NCBI GenBank assembly: GCA_964450885.1
Contig: CAYVFE010000001.1
Span: 438,572-502,571 of the forward strand
Origin: an uncultured Gammaproteobacteria bacterium
GTDB taxonomy: Bacteria > Patescibacteriota > Microgenomatia > Levybacterales > GWA1-39-11
Reading direction: 5' to 3'
DNA length: 64,000 nucleotides
Part shown: one piece after another, positions 42,581 through 49,889 of the stretch
Layout: the number at the start of each line of letters is the position of its first letter
Position numbering within the stretch: the stretch's first letter is position 1
Translations under genes and position numbers: made by a program
The notes under the pieces: model-generated
Told to the model about the DNA's origin: nothing
What the model saw: only the letters and a program-made list of their open reading frames with translations
Databases searched by the model: none

Positions 42581-43046
42581 AACCTTCCGTACTTCGATAA
42601 AGTCTAAAAAAAAGCATACGCGTATAGATCAGAGAGAAAAAAACAAATCCAGCAAGAGTATAAAAATATTAGCGGTAGTGATCTTAGGAGTATTTGCTGC
42701 AGTTGTGATACTCTTTCTTATGGCTTCTCTATACAACTCGATTATTCTGAAAAGTCTTAATTCGAAAAAGATAATTTCCCCAGGTGTGCAAAATATTATA
42801 ACGATCGATGAGGCTAGGCGGATTCTAATTGAGAAGGATATACGCATCAAGACACTGGAGTATTCTTCGGGTTCTGCAGCATTAAGTTTGACCATAGAGA
42901 ATGGTCCAGTTGTATACTTTTCAAGCGGCGTTTTATTTGAAGAGCAGGCGGATATATTATATAGGTTGCTTTCTAGCCTCAAAATGGAAGGCAGAAGTGC
43001 AAGAATTATCGATCTTAGGTATAATAGACCTATTGTAAAATTTTAG
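42525..43046 (+). CDS. ftsQ: Shortened FtsQ/DivIB-like protein
   Basis: Basic N-tail, one TM, C-terminal IDLRYNRPIV; located between murG and ftsA. Confidence 0.6.
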   Translation: MKLKNLIKKPPRQNPKENKTFRTSIKSKKKHTRIDQREKNKSSKSIKILAVVILGVFAAVVILFLMASLYNSIILKSLNSKKIISPGVQNIITIDEARRILIEKDIRIKTLEYSSGSAALSLTIENGPVVYFSSGVLFEEQADILYRLLSSLKMEGRSARIIDLRYNRPIVKF

Positions 43047-43070
43047 TACTTATACTAAGCTTAAAACAGT

Positions 43071-44351
43071 ATGAAGACCTCAGACTTGGTAGTTGGTGTG
43101 GATATCGGTTCATCGAAAATTGCGACTGTTATAGGTCGAGTTGAGGACGAAACGATAAATATCCTTGGTGTCTCCGAAGTTCCGTCAAAAGGTATAAAAA
43201 AGGGCCAGATAGTAAATATCGATGAAGCCGCAAATGTAATCAACGCGGGTCTTGATGCTGCAGAGCGTATGGCAGGGCTTTCTGCCGAACGTGCTTTCGT
43301 TTCTATCAGTGGAGTTAACATCGAAGGGGAAAATTCTAAAGGTGTAGTTGCTGTATCACAACCAGATGGTGAGATATCAGACTATGACGTTGAAAGAGTG
43401 CTCGAGGCGGCTGGTGCTGTCTCTCTGCCCACTACTAGGGAAATAATACACGTTGTTCCTAAAACCTTCACAGTCGATGGTGAGGGTGGAATCAAAGATC
43501 CTGTGGGTATGTCTGGAGTCAGGCTTGAGGTTGATACACATATTATTACAGCAAACAATGCGACTATTAAAAATATAGAAAGGATCCTGACCCAAGAGGC
43601 AGGAGTTGAAGTGCAGGCCTTGGTATTCTCAGGACTTTCATCATCACTTGCGACCCTCTCCGATACTGAAAAAGAGCTGGGGGTGATTCTTGCTGATATA
43701 GGAGCAGGGGTAACGAATATCGCGGTGTATGTAGATGGGTCGTTAAGCTATACAAGTGTTATCCCTATAGGCGCGCGGCATATCACAAACGACCTGGCGA
43801 TCGGATTGAGGATTTCTTTGGAAAGCGCAGAGAAAGTAAAGCTATTTTTATCGCAGCAGAAAAGAAGAAAGGGAGAATTGCCTAAAAAGGAAGATGACGA
43901 GTTAGACTTAGAGCACCTACATATACCTGAGGATGTGCGAAAGGTATCCAGGAAAACTTTGACAGAGGGTATCATAAGGCCGAGACTTAACGAGTTATTT
44001 ACTATGATAGCGATAGAAATTAAAAAAAGTGGATTTGCTACCCAGACACCAGCAGGAATTGTAGTTACTGGTGGAGGTGCAAAAACTGTCGGCGTAGAGG
44101 ATGCTGCAAAGAGAATGCTGTCTATGCCTGTAAGAGTGGGAATACCTACAAATATAACAGGTCTTATTGATGATGTGGAAACCCCTACATTTGCAACTGC
44201 TGTGGGTCTCTTGAGATCGGCCGAAAGCTACAAAGTTATGGAACCATCATTCTCGATGGGAAACATGTTCGGGAACTTCAACTTTAATTTTGGAGGTAAG
44301 GATATAATGAAAAAGGCCAAAAAATTCATAAGTAAATTTATCCCTCTTTAG
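43071..44351 (+). CDS. ftsA: Cell division protein FtsA
   Basis: VDIGSSKI, DIGAGVT, ITNDL, TGGGA. Confidence 0.96.
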   Translation: MKTSDLVVGVDIGSSKIATVIGRVEDETINILGVSEVPSKGIKKGQIVNIDEAANVINAGLDAAERMAGLSAERAFVSISGVNIEGENSKGVVAVSQPDGEISDYDVERVLEAAGAVSLPTTREIIHVVPKTFTVDGEGGIKDPVGMSGVRLEVDTHIITANNATIKNIERILTQEAGVEVQALVFSGLSSSLATLSDTEKELGVILADIGAGVTNIAVYVDGSLSYTSVIPIGARHITNDLAIGLRISLESAEKVKLFLSQQKRRKGELPKKEDDELDLEHLHIPEDVRKVSRKTLTEGIIRPRLNELFTMIAIEIKKSGFATQTPAGIVVTGGGAKTVGVEDAAKRMLSMPVRVGIPTNITGLIDDVETPTFATAVGLLRSAESYKVMEPSFSMGNMFGNFNFNFGGKDIMKKAKKFISKFIPL

Positions 44352-44410
44352 TAATAAAATTTAATTGAAAAGCCATTTTTTTTATGGTAGGATAACTTAC
44401 CGTAACTAAT

Positions 44411-45550
44411 ATGCTCATAAGACCTCAAGCTTCCACATTTGCCAAAATAAGAGTCGTCGGTATCGGCGGGGGAGGAGGAAATTCTACGGATTCGATGATC
44501 TCAGAGGGTCAAATCCAAGGAGTTGACTTCATAGCGTTAAATACTGATGCACAGGCTCTTTTAAAGAATAAAGCTACAACAAAGCTTCAGATTGGTGAAA
44601 ATCTAACTCGTGGGCTTGGCTCTGGTGGAAATCCAGACATAGGACGAGCTGCAGCAGAGGAAAGTGCAGAGAAGATAAAACAGCTTCTGGAGGGATCCGA
44701 CATGGTTTTTCTTACAGCAGGAATGGGCGGTGGAACTGGTACAGGTGCAACCTCGATCGTAGCACAAGCAGCAAAAGAAGCAGGCGCTCTAACTATAGCT
44801 GTCGTTACAAAGCCTTTCAGCTTCGAGGGGGCACGAAGAAAGGTCTCAGCAGAAGAGGGAATTGAGGAGCTTAAGGATAAGGTCGACACACTTATAACTA
44901 TACCTAATCAGAGGATTCTTGAGGCGGTTGATAAAAAACTTTCTCTTATTGAGGCATTCAAGGTGGCGGATTCGGTTCTTGGGCACGGCGTAAAAGGGAT
45001 TTCAGATATCATTACAGTCCCCGGACTTATAAACGTCGACTTTGCTGATGTTAAGGCAATCATGAACGAGGCAGGAAGCGCACTTATGGGGATAGGTGTC
45101 GGTGTTGGTGAGAACCGTGCACAACTTGCAGCACGTCAGGCGACTTCATCACCGCTTCTTGAAGTATCTATGGATGGTGCACGTGGAGTCCTATTTAACA
45201 TAACAGGGGGCGCTGATATGACTATGCAGGAAGTAGAGGATGCATCTCGTGTTATCTCAAAGTCTGCAGACCCAGATGCAAATATCATATTTGGAGCTGC
45301 AATCAATGAGGAGCTAAAAGATGAAATCCGCATTACACTTATTGCGACAGGATTTGATGAGTCACGTGTCAGGCTCCAGCAGATGGTAGAAGATACAGTC
45401 GACAATATGCAGGGTGGAAATAGCAGCAATAACGATGATGATAGACGTGATCAGTATAGAGACTCAGGAAATGGCAATTCAAATGAAAGATCTAATGACG
45501 ATGACGAGGACATATTCGAGATCCCCGCATTTCTCAGGCAAAAGAATTAG
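44411..45550 (+). CDS. ftsZ: Cell division protein FtsZ
   Basis: GGGGGN, NTD, GMGGGTGTG, INVDFAD, C-terminal EIPAFLR peptide. Confidence 0.98.
   Translation: MLIRPQASTFAKIRVVGIGGGGGNSTDSMISEGQIQGVDFIALNTDAQALLKNKATTKLQIGENLTRGLGSGGNPDIGRAAAEESAEKIKQLLEGSDMVFLTAGMGGGTGTGATSIVAQAAKEAGALTIAVVTKPFSFEGARRKVSAEEGIEELKDKVDTLITIPNQRILEAVDKKLSLIEAFKVADSVLGHGVKGISDIITVPGLINVDFADVKAIMNEAGSALMGIGVGVGENRAQLAARQATSSPLLEVSMDGARGVLFNITGGADMTMQEVEDASRVISKSADPDANIIFGAAINEELKDEIRITLIATGFDESRVRLQQMVEDTVDNMQGGNSSNNDDDRRDQYRDSGNGNSNERSNDDDEDIFEIPAFLRQKN
45521..45550 (+). repeat. attL: ftsZ 3' end (IPAFLRQKN*), 11-bp core CCCGCATTTCT at 45524-45534
   Basis: 24/30 nt identical to 54319-54348; all 6 differences are synonymous. 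Confidence 0.88.
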
Positions 45551-45573
45551 TCTTAAAAACTTCAATTACGAGT

Positions 45574-45595
45574 AGCACCGCAAGGTGCTTTTTTT
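45574..45595 (+). terminator. Intrinsic terminator after ftsZ, supplied by the element
   Basis: AGCACC-GCAA-GGTGCT followed by a T run. Confidence 0.85.
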
Positions 45596-45694
45596 ATGTC
45601 TTGCTGAGAGTAGCAAGGATGAAGATTGAATTATAGGTTCAGTTTTGCTAGACTGATTATAGTTCCTCGTAAGAACCCACTTCATTCTACAAGC

Positions 45695-45714
45695 TACTCC
45701 CGAAAGGGAGTATG
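45695..45714 (+). promoter_or_regulatory. Hairpin sequestering the integrase RBS and start codon
   Basis: TACTCCC-GAAA-GGGAGTA; the 3' arm contains GGGAG and the A of ATG 45712. Confidence 0.7.
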
Positions 45715-46725
45715 AAAATACAAGAACAGGATTTTGTTCAATTCTTAACCATAAAGGGAAAGCTGGCAAAAAAGACTATTGATACATATAGGATTAGGTT
45801 TCGTATTATAAATAGATGGCTTGAAACGAATAAGATTGAGCTTGATAAATATGCATTTGAAAAGTTCCTCTATGAGCTAAGGGAAAAAGACTTAAGCAAT
45901 TCCGCTATAAACACATATATTCAAACAGCGAAGCATATTGAAGGATACTGCAAAGACAGGGGTTTGCCTACTGGCTTTTCTGAGGGTATTGAAAGCATGC
46001 CAAAAACTCACCCCGAGATAAATCCATTAACTCATGATGAAGTTGAACAGCTATTCAACACACATTTGGAATATAAGAATAGAAATGGTGTAAATTGTGA
46101 TAGTCTAGATTTGAAGTATGTTACGCTTACAAAATTTCTTGCGTTGACTGGTAGTAGGATTGAGGAAGCCGCTTCACTAAAAATAAAAAGACTTGATATA
46201 GATAATGGGCAAGCATATTTAGTGAACACAAAAAATAAACAAAATAGATATGTGTTTTTTGACGGTGAAATTAAGTTTGCTCTCACAGAACTTGTAAAGG
46301 GCAGAAAAGATGATGATTTGGTTTTTACAAACAGTAAAGGTGAGCATATTAAGAATGGAGATTTTAATAAAGATTTGCAGTTAAGAGCAAAAAAAGCAGG
46401 TATTACAAAACGGGTACACGCCCATTTGTTAAGACACTCTTTTGGGACGAGTCTTTATAAAAGCAGTCATGATGTAGTTGCAGTGAAAGAGCTTATGGGA
46501 CACAAGGATATTAAATCAACAATGATATATGTGAGTTTAGACACAGAATATTTGAAAAAATCTGCTCAAAGACACCCTTTATTAAGAAAATACATAAAGC
46601 CAATAGAGCGGATTAAGGAGGTAAAAGAATGCATTCAAGCACTTAACTTAGATGATGACAATAGGTTGGATTTTTCACTTTTGGAACATAGTGGAACTCT
46701 GAAATTTGAAGTCAAAATAAAATAA
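45712..46725 (+). CDS. Tyrosine recombinase/integrase
   Basis: TGSRIEE (R), NTK (K), HLLRHSF (HxxR), LMGH, TMIY (Y); next to attL. Confidence 0.95.
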   Translation: MKIQEQDFVQFLTIKGKLAKKTIDTYRIRFRIINRWLETNKIELDKYAFEKFLYELREKDLSNSAINTYIQTAKHIEGYCKDRGLPTGFSEGIESMPKTHPEINPLTHDEVEQLFNTHLEYKNRNGVNCDSLDLKYVTLTKFLALTGSRIEEAASLKIKRLDIDNGQAYLVNTKNKQNRYVFFDGEIKFALTELVKGRKDDDLVFTNSKGEHIKNGDFNKDLQLRAKKAGITKRVHAHLLRHSFGTSLYKSSHDVVAVKELMGHKDIKSTMIYVSLDTEYLKKSAQRHPLLRKYIKPIERIKEVKECIQALNLDDDNRLDFSLLEHSGTLKFEVKIK

Positions 46726-46727
46726 CT

Positions 46728-47141
46728 ATGGCAGAAGCAATTCAAAACGATGGCATCAAGGCAAGAATTTTAGAATACCTCAAAGATGGGGTGTCAAAAA
46801 AAGATAGTGCTGTTCTATCAGGAATAAGTGAGGCAACTCTTTATCGTTGGGTTGAAGAAGATGACAGTTTTAAGAGCCAGATTGAGGCTAGTATACTTGA
46901 ATACAAACATACGCTTGTTAAGAACCTAGTGGCTAATGCTGAAAAAGATGGAAGGCTTGCATTGGAAATACTTTCAAGACGATACCCTAACGAATGGGGA
47001 GTAAATGCAGTCAATAACGACAGAACTGAAGCACTTAGGAAAGAAAGAATAGATGTAGTAAGGTGGTATGAAAAAATATTGCAAAAAGAACATGAGCGCG
47101 CGATAGAAGGAAAAGTTGAAGAAGAAAGCTCTATATCTTAA
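46728..47141 (+). CDS. HTH protein resembling phage terminase small subunits
   Basis: GVSKKDSAVLSGISEATLYRW HTH, helical core, LSRRYPNEWG motif. Confidence 0.55.
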   Translation: MAEAIQNDGIKARILEYLKDGVSKKDSAVLSGISEATLYRWVEEDDSFKSQIEASILEYKHTLVKNLVANAEKDGRLALEILSRRYPNEWGVNAVNNDRTEALRKERIDVVRWYEKILQKEHERAIEGKVEEESSIS

Positions 47142-47343
47142 ACAGTTCTGAAAGTGGCACGCCTAAAGCCCGTGAGATTTTGTAAGCGGTTTTGACTGAA
47201 ATATTTCTTCCGTTCTCTATATCCCAGAAATAGGCTCTATGTAGACCTGCTTTTTCTGCTAATTCCTCTTGTGTTAACCCTTTCTGTTTTCTTAACTGCT
47301 CAATTCTGGTTGCCAATTTTTGGTAAAGAAAATTGTAGTTCAT
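47131..47343 (-). CDS. XRE-family HTH transcriptional regulator
   Basis: LRKQKGLTQEELAEKAGLHRAYFWDIENGRNIS; ATG 47343 is the likely start. Confidence 0.9.
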   Translation of the reverse strand: MNYNFLYQKLATRIEQLRKQKGLTQEELAEKAGLHRAYFWDIENGRNISVKTAYKISRALGVPLSELFKI

Positions 47344-47363
47344 ACCAATCAAAACTATCAAAT

Positions 47364-47396
47364 TGCAGGATATTTCTTTACCAGATATATCTTGCA
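47364..47396. promoter_or_regulatory. Inverted repeat (putative XRE operator) between divergent genes
   Basis: TGCAGGATATTTCT-N5-AGATATATCTTGCA (14-bp arms, 2 mismatches). Confidence 0.55.
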
Positions 47397-47452
47397 TTAT
47401 TCAAGAACAGGTTGTAATATTAAGATTAATTGGCATAGTATCAATTAACACT

Positions 47453-47821
47453 ATGGACGCTGAAAAGACATTATTTGAAACGAGCTTTGCGGGATTTTGG
47501 ATTAAAATATATCCAAGTAGAGTTGAGTTTAAAGCTGGAGCTGGTTCAGAAATAATTCCAATTAGTCAGATTTCCAGTATTCATACAGGAATGTTGGGAT
47601 ATAGCCAAATAACAATAGAAACAACAGGAGGCAAGAAATATAATATTCCATGTGGTAAGAAGAACGAAGTAAAACAGGCTATTTTCCAAGCACAAGCAGG
47701 AAATGGACAACAAGCAGTGCTGAGCATTGCTGACGAATTGTTAAAGTTAAAACAATTAAAAGATAGTGGAATATTAACCGAAGAGGAATTTAATAAACAA
47801 AAAGAAAAACTAATCTCCTAA
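47453..47821 (+). CDS. PH-like domain plus SHOCT domain protein
   Basis: IPISQISSI...ITIETTGG beta domain; SIADELLKLKQLKDSGILTEEEFNKQKEKLI (SHOCT). Confidence 0.8.
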   Translation: MDAEKTLFETSFAGFWIKIYPSRVEFKAGAGSEIIPISQISSIHTGMLGYSQITIETTGGKKYNIPCGKKNEVKQAIFQAQAGNGQQAVLSIADELLKLKQLKDSGILTEEEFNKQKEKLIS

Positions 47822-47824
47822 ATT

Positions 47825-47853
47825 ACTGCAGGGTCTTGCACTAGACCCGTAGT
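47825..47853 (+). terminator. Hairpin after the SHOCT gene (possible terminator)
   Basis: ACTGC-A-GGGTCT-TGCACT-AGACCC-GTAGT; weak U tract. Confidence 0.45.
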
Positions 47854-48035
47854 TAAAACTTGTCAACCCCCAAAATGGAAAAATTACATACTAATTATGA
47901 ACCTAAGTTCATAGAAATATATATATGAAATAAACTTATAGTCAGAAAACCATATGATATTCTCTACTCAACCAAATGATTGGGTGGAGAATAAAGACTC
48001 CTGTTAGGGACTCCACCCAAGACAGGAGTTTTTAT

Positions 48036-48407
48036 ATGGAAAAAGTTGGAGATATCCTATCCGTAAATGGAAAAACAGTTAACAGTAAGTATAAATCTTT
48101 AACTACAGTAAACAGTAATACTGTTAACAGTAATGTGTGGGAAGAGGTTGAGAATTTAATTCAAATTCACAATATTAAGCCAGAGGGAATAGCAAAGCAT
48201 ATAGCAGAACAGCTAAGTGATGAGAAAAGTCTTCATTATTACTCACTCCTTGTAAAAGAACATAGCTACGAGAAGCTTTTTGAAGCCATGTATTTAACCG
48301 TAGAGTCATGGAAAAATGGCAAAATTAGAACATCAAAACCAATTTACTTTATTGCTATTTTGAGACACTGGGGATTTAGAACAAATTTCAAGGAGGACAA
48401 AAGTTGA
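48036..48407 (+). CDS. Putative replication-initiator-like helical protein
   Basis: AGGAG RBS before ATG 48036; internal TVNS repeats; C-terminal IAEQLSDEKSLHYY...PIYFIAIL, reminiscent of DnaD/Rep C-terminal domains. Confidence 0.45.
   Translation: MEKVGDILSVNGKTVNSKYKSLTTVNSNTVNSNVWEEVENLIQIHNIKPEGIAKHIAEQLSDEKSLHYYSLLVKEHSYEKLFEAMYLTVESWKNGKIRTSKPIYFIAILRHWGFRTNFKEDKS
48075..48133 (+). repeat. Three 14-bp iteron-like repeats ACWGTWAACAGTAA
   Basis: Copies at 48075-48088, 48105-48118, 48120-48133; palindrome TACTGTTAACAGTA at 48119-48132. Confidence 0.75.
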
Positions 48408-48631
48408 AAAGTAGACTTGTTAACAAAAATTCTACATTTCATGCTCGTATTGATAAGGGTTGGTGGAAAATACTTTCTCAATTGCGAACTGAGACAGGAA
48501 AGGGCTTTAAAGAGCTTATAGAGGACGCTCTAATAAACACCTACTATATTGGTGATGATGGAAAACCAGAAGTATATAGCAAGCCCAAGAGTGGACAAGC
48601 AAAAATAGATTTAAATCTTACGAGGAATTAA
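48404..48631 (+). CDS. Small ribbon-helix-helix-like DNA-binding protein
   Basis: AAGGAGG RBS and TTG start; FHARID strand followed by two helices (ELIEDAL). Confidence 0.55.
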   Translation: MKSRLVNKNSTFHARIDKGWWKILSQLRTETGKGFKELIEDALINTYYIGDDGKPEVYSKPKSGQAKIDLNLTRN

Positions 48632-48658
48632 GTCTGGAGTAGCTTGTAGATTGAGAGT

Positions 48659-48681
48659 AGGGGCTAGTTTATCTAGCCCTT
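48659..48681. terminator. Hairpin between convergent RHH gene and lexA
   Basis: GGGCTAG-TTTAT-CTAGCCC (48661-48679). Confidence 0.55.
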
Positions 48682-48696
48682 ACAAATGAGATCGCG

Positions 48697-49302
48697 TTAG
48701 CCTTGCCTTAAAAGACCTACAAATTTTCCCCGAATTTCAATTTCACCTGGAAAAAAAAATTTGGACTGCAATGAGGAATTTCGTGGACGAAGTTCAATCT
48801 TGTTTCCTTGATTATAAAACCTTTTAACGCTGGCAAGTTGAGCACCGCTTTTATCAAAGAATAAAGCAATTACAACATCTCCATTATCTGCATAGTTTTG
48901 TTGTCTTACTAGAATAATGTCTTCAGGAAGTATCCCATCCTCCACCATGCTTTCTCCTTGGACTTTAAGTGCAAAGTGTTGACCGGTGGGAGAAATTAGA
49001 GATTTTTGCACTTTAATTGGTTCTGGGTTTTCAATATTCTCCAATCCTCCTCCAGCTGAAATTGTTCCTATGAGAGGTATTCTTACTACCTCTTCGTAAG
49101 GATCTAGGATTCCGATGCTACGTGCATTAGTAGTTGGTAATTTCAGAAAACCCTTTCTTCGTAAAACTTGAATATGCTGATGAATCGTTGGGACAGATTT
49201 TTCAAAAGCTCGTGCAATTTCATCAAGCGTAGGACCATGCCCGCTTTTTGCTTGATAATCATTTATGAATTTTAAGATCTCCTTTTGCTTTGGTGATAGC
49301 AT
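48697..49302 (-). CDS. lexA: LexA-family repressor (wHTH plus S24 peptidase)
   Basis: LSPKQKEIL..GPTLDEIA, ISAG (Ala-Gly cleavage site), GESM (Ser), VKRF (Lys); AAGGAG RBS before ATG 49302. Confidence 0.9.
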   Translation of the reverse strand: MLSPKQKEILKFINDYQAKSGHGPTLDEIARAFEKSVPTIHQHIQVLRRKGFLKLPTTNARSIGILDPYEEVVRIPLIGTISAGGGLENIENPEPIKVQKSLISPTGQHFALKVQGESMVEDGILPEDIILVRQQNYADNGDVVIALFFDKSGAQLASVKRFYNQGNKIELRPRNSSLQSKFFFPGEIEIRGKFVGLLRQG

Positions 49303-49319
49303 GATTTTTGCTCCTTGCA

Positions 49320-49340
49320 ATACCTAATAGTTTAAGGTAT
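49320..49340. promoter_or_regulatory. Putative LexA operator ATACCT-N9-AGGTAT
   Basis: Palindrome in the short divergent lexA/CBASS gap; near-copy ATACCT-N9-AGGTGC at 54255-54275. Confidence 0.45.
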
Positions 49341-49370
49341 ATTTTACATAAATGCAACGTGCATATAAAT

Positions 49371-49889
49371 ATGAATATGGAATTTATAAATGGTTTCTTT
49401 AGTATCCAGTCTGCTACAAGTTTCCTTGTAGTCTCAATTCCGGTAGGGATTTTTATATATAAATTTACAATTTTCCGCATCAGAAAAGATATGCGTCTAT
49501 TTAAGAACCTCCAACGCACGATTTATCTTATGTCAACAGATTCAACTACTGTCCTTCAAAGGGAGAAAACAATGTTTCATATGAACGGGCTATACCACGT
49601 CAGTCCAGACATAGTACATCTTTCTGATCTGGGGCATTTGGAAACAGTAAAAGATTTCTCTATTTTTGTAGTAGGATACACAAGAGGATTTGGGCATTAT
49701 AAAGAAGTCATTGATAGGGCAAAAAGGAATAGTATTCCAGTAGTTGTACTTGCCGGTCCTAGAGATATTACCGACGAAGATATGGCAATTTTTAAAGAGT
49801 ATCCTTACTTTGAGATGTGTAATACATCTTCGCGTTTATTAACTACCATTTTTAGTCTTTCTGCCGTAACACCAAATGATAAAAAATGA
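49371..49889 (+). CDS. Putative CBASS effector: N-terminal TM plus Rossmannoid (NARF-like) domain
   Basis: One TM then alternating beta/alpha (IFVVGY, IPVVVLA, CNTSSRLLTTI); overlaps the CD-NTase start. Confidence 0.55.
   Translation: MNMEFINGFFSIQSATSFLVVSIPVGIFIYKFTIFRIRKDMRLFKNLQRTIYLMSTDSTTVLQREKTMFHMNGLYHVSPDIVHLSDLGHLETVKDFSIFVVGYTRGFGHYKEVIDRAKRNSIPVVVLAGPRDITDEDMAIFKEYPYFEMCNTSSRLLTTIFSLSAVTPNDKK

Noticed and set aside
45405-45510. N/D-rich low-complexity stretch in ftsZ
   Set aside because: Ordinary disordered FtsZ linker
45566-45769. 67-aa minus-strand ORF over the integrase leader
   Set aside because: Non-ATG start, overlaps the terminator and int start; the region is better explained as structured RNA
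47976-48035. Longer N-terminus for the Rep-like ORF
   Set aside because: The segment forms leader hairpins and the SD lies before ATG 48036; a leader-peptide role is not excluded
30493-48133. Short repeats (TGGTGAA x3 at 30493-30519; 14-mers at 48075-48133) as CRISPR arrays
   Set aside because: Too short, no unique spacers, no cas genes; explained as MraZ boxes and iteron-like repeats
45686-48650. 15-bp inverted repeats read as IS ends or invertible-segment ends
   Set aside because: No transposase or target duplication, and the second repeat pair is crossed rather than nested
48751-48759. A9 homopolymer inside lexA as a phase-variation tract
   Set aside because: The frame is intact and such runs are common in this AT-rich sequence
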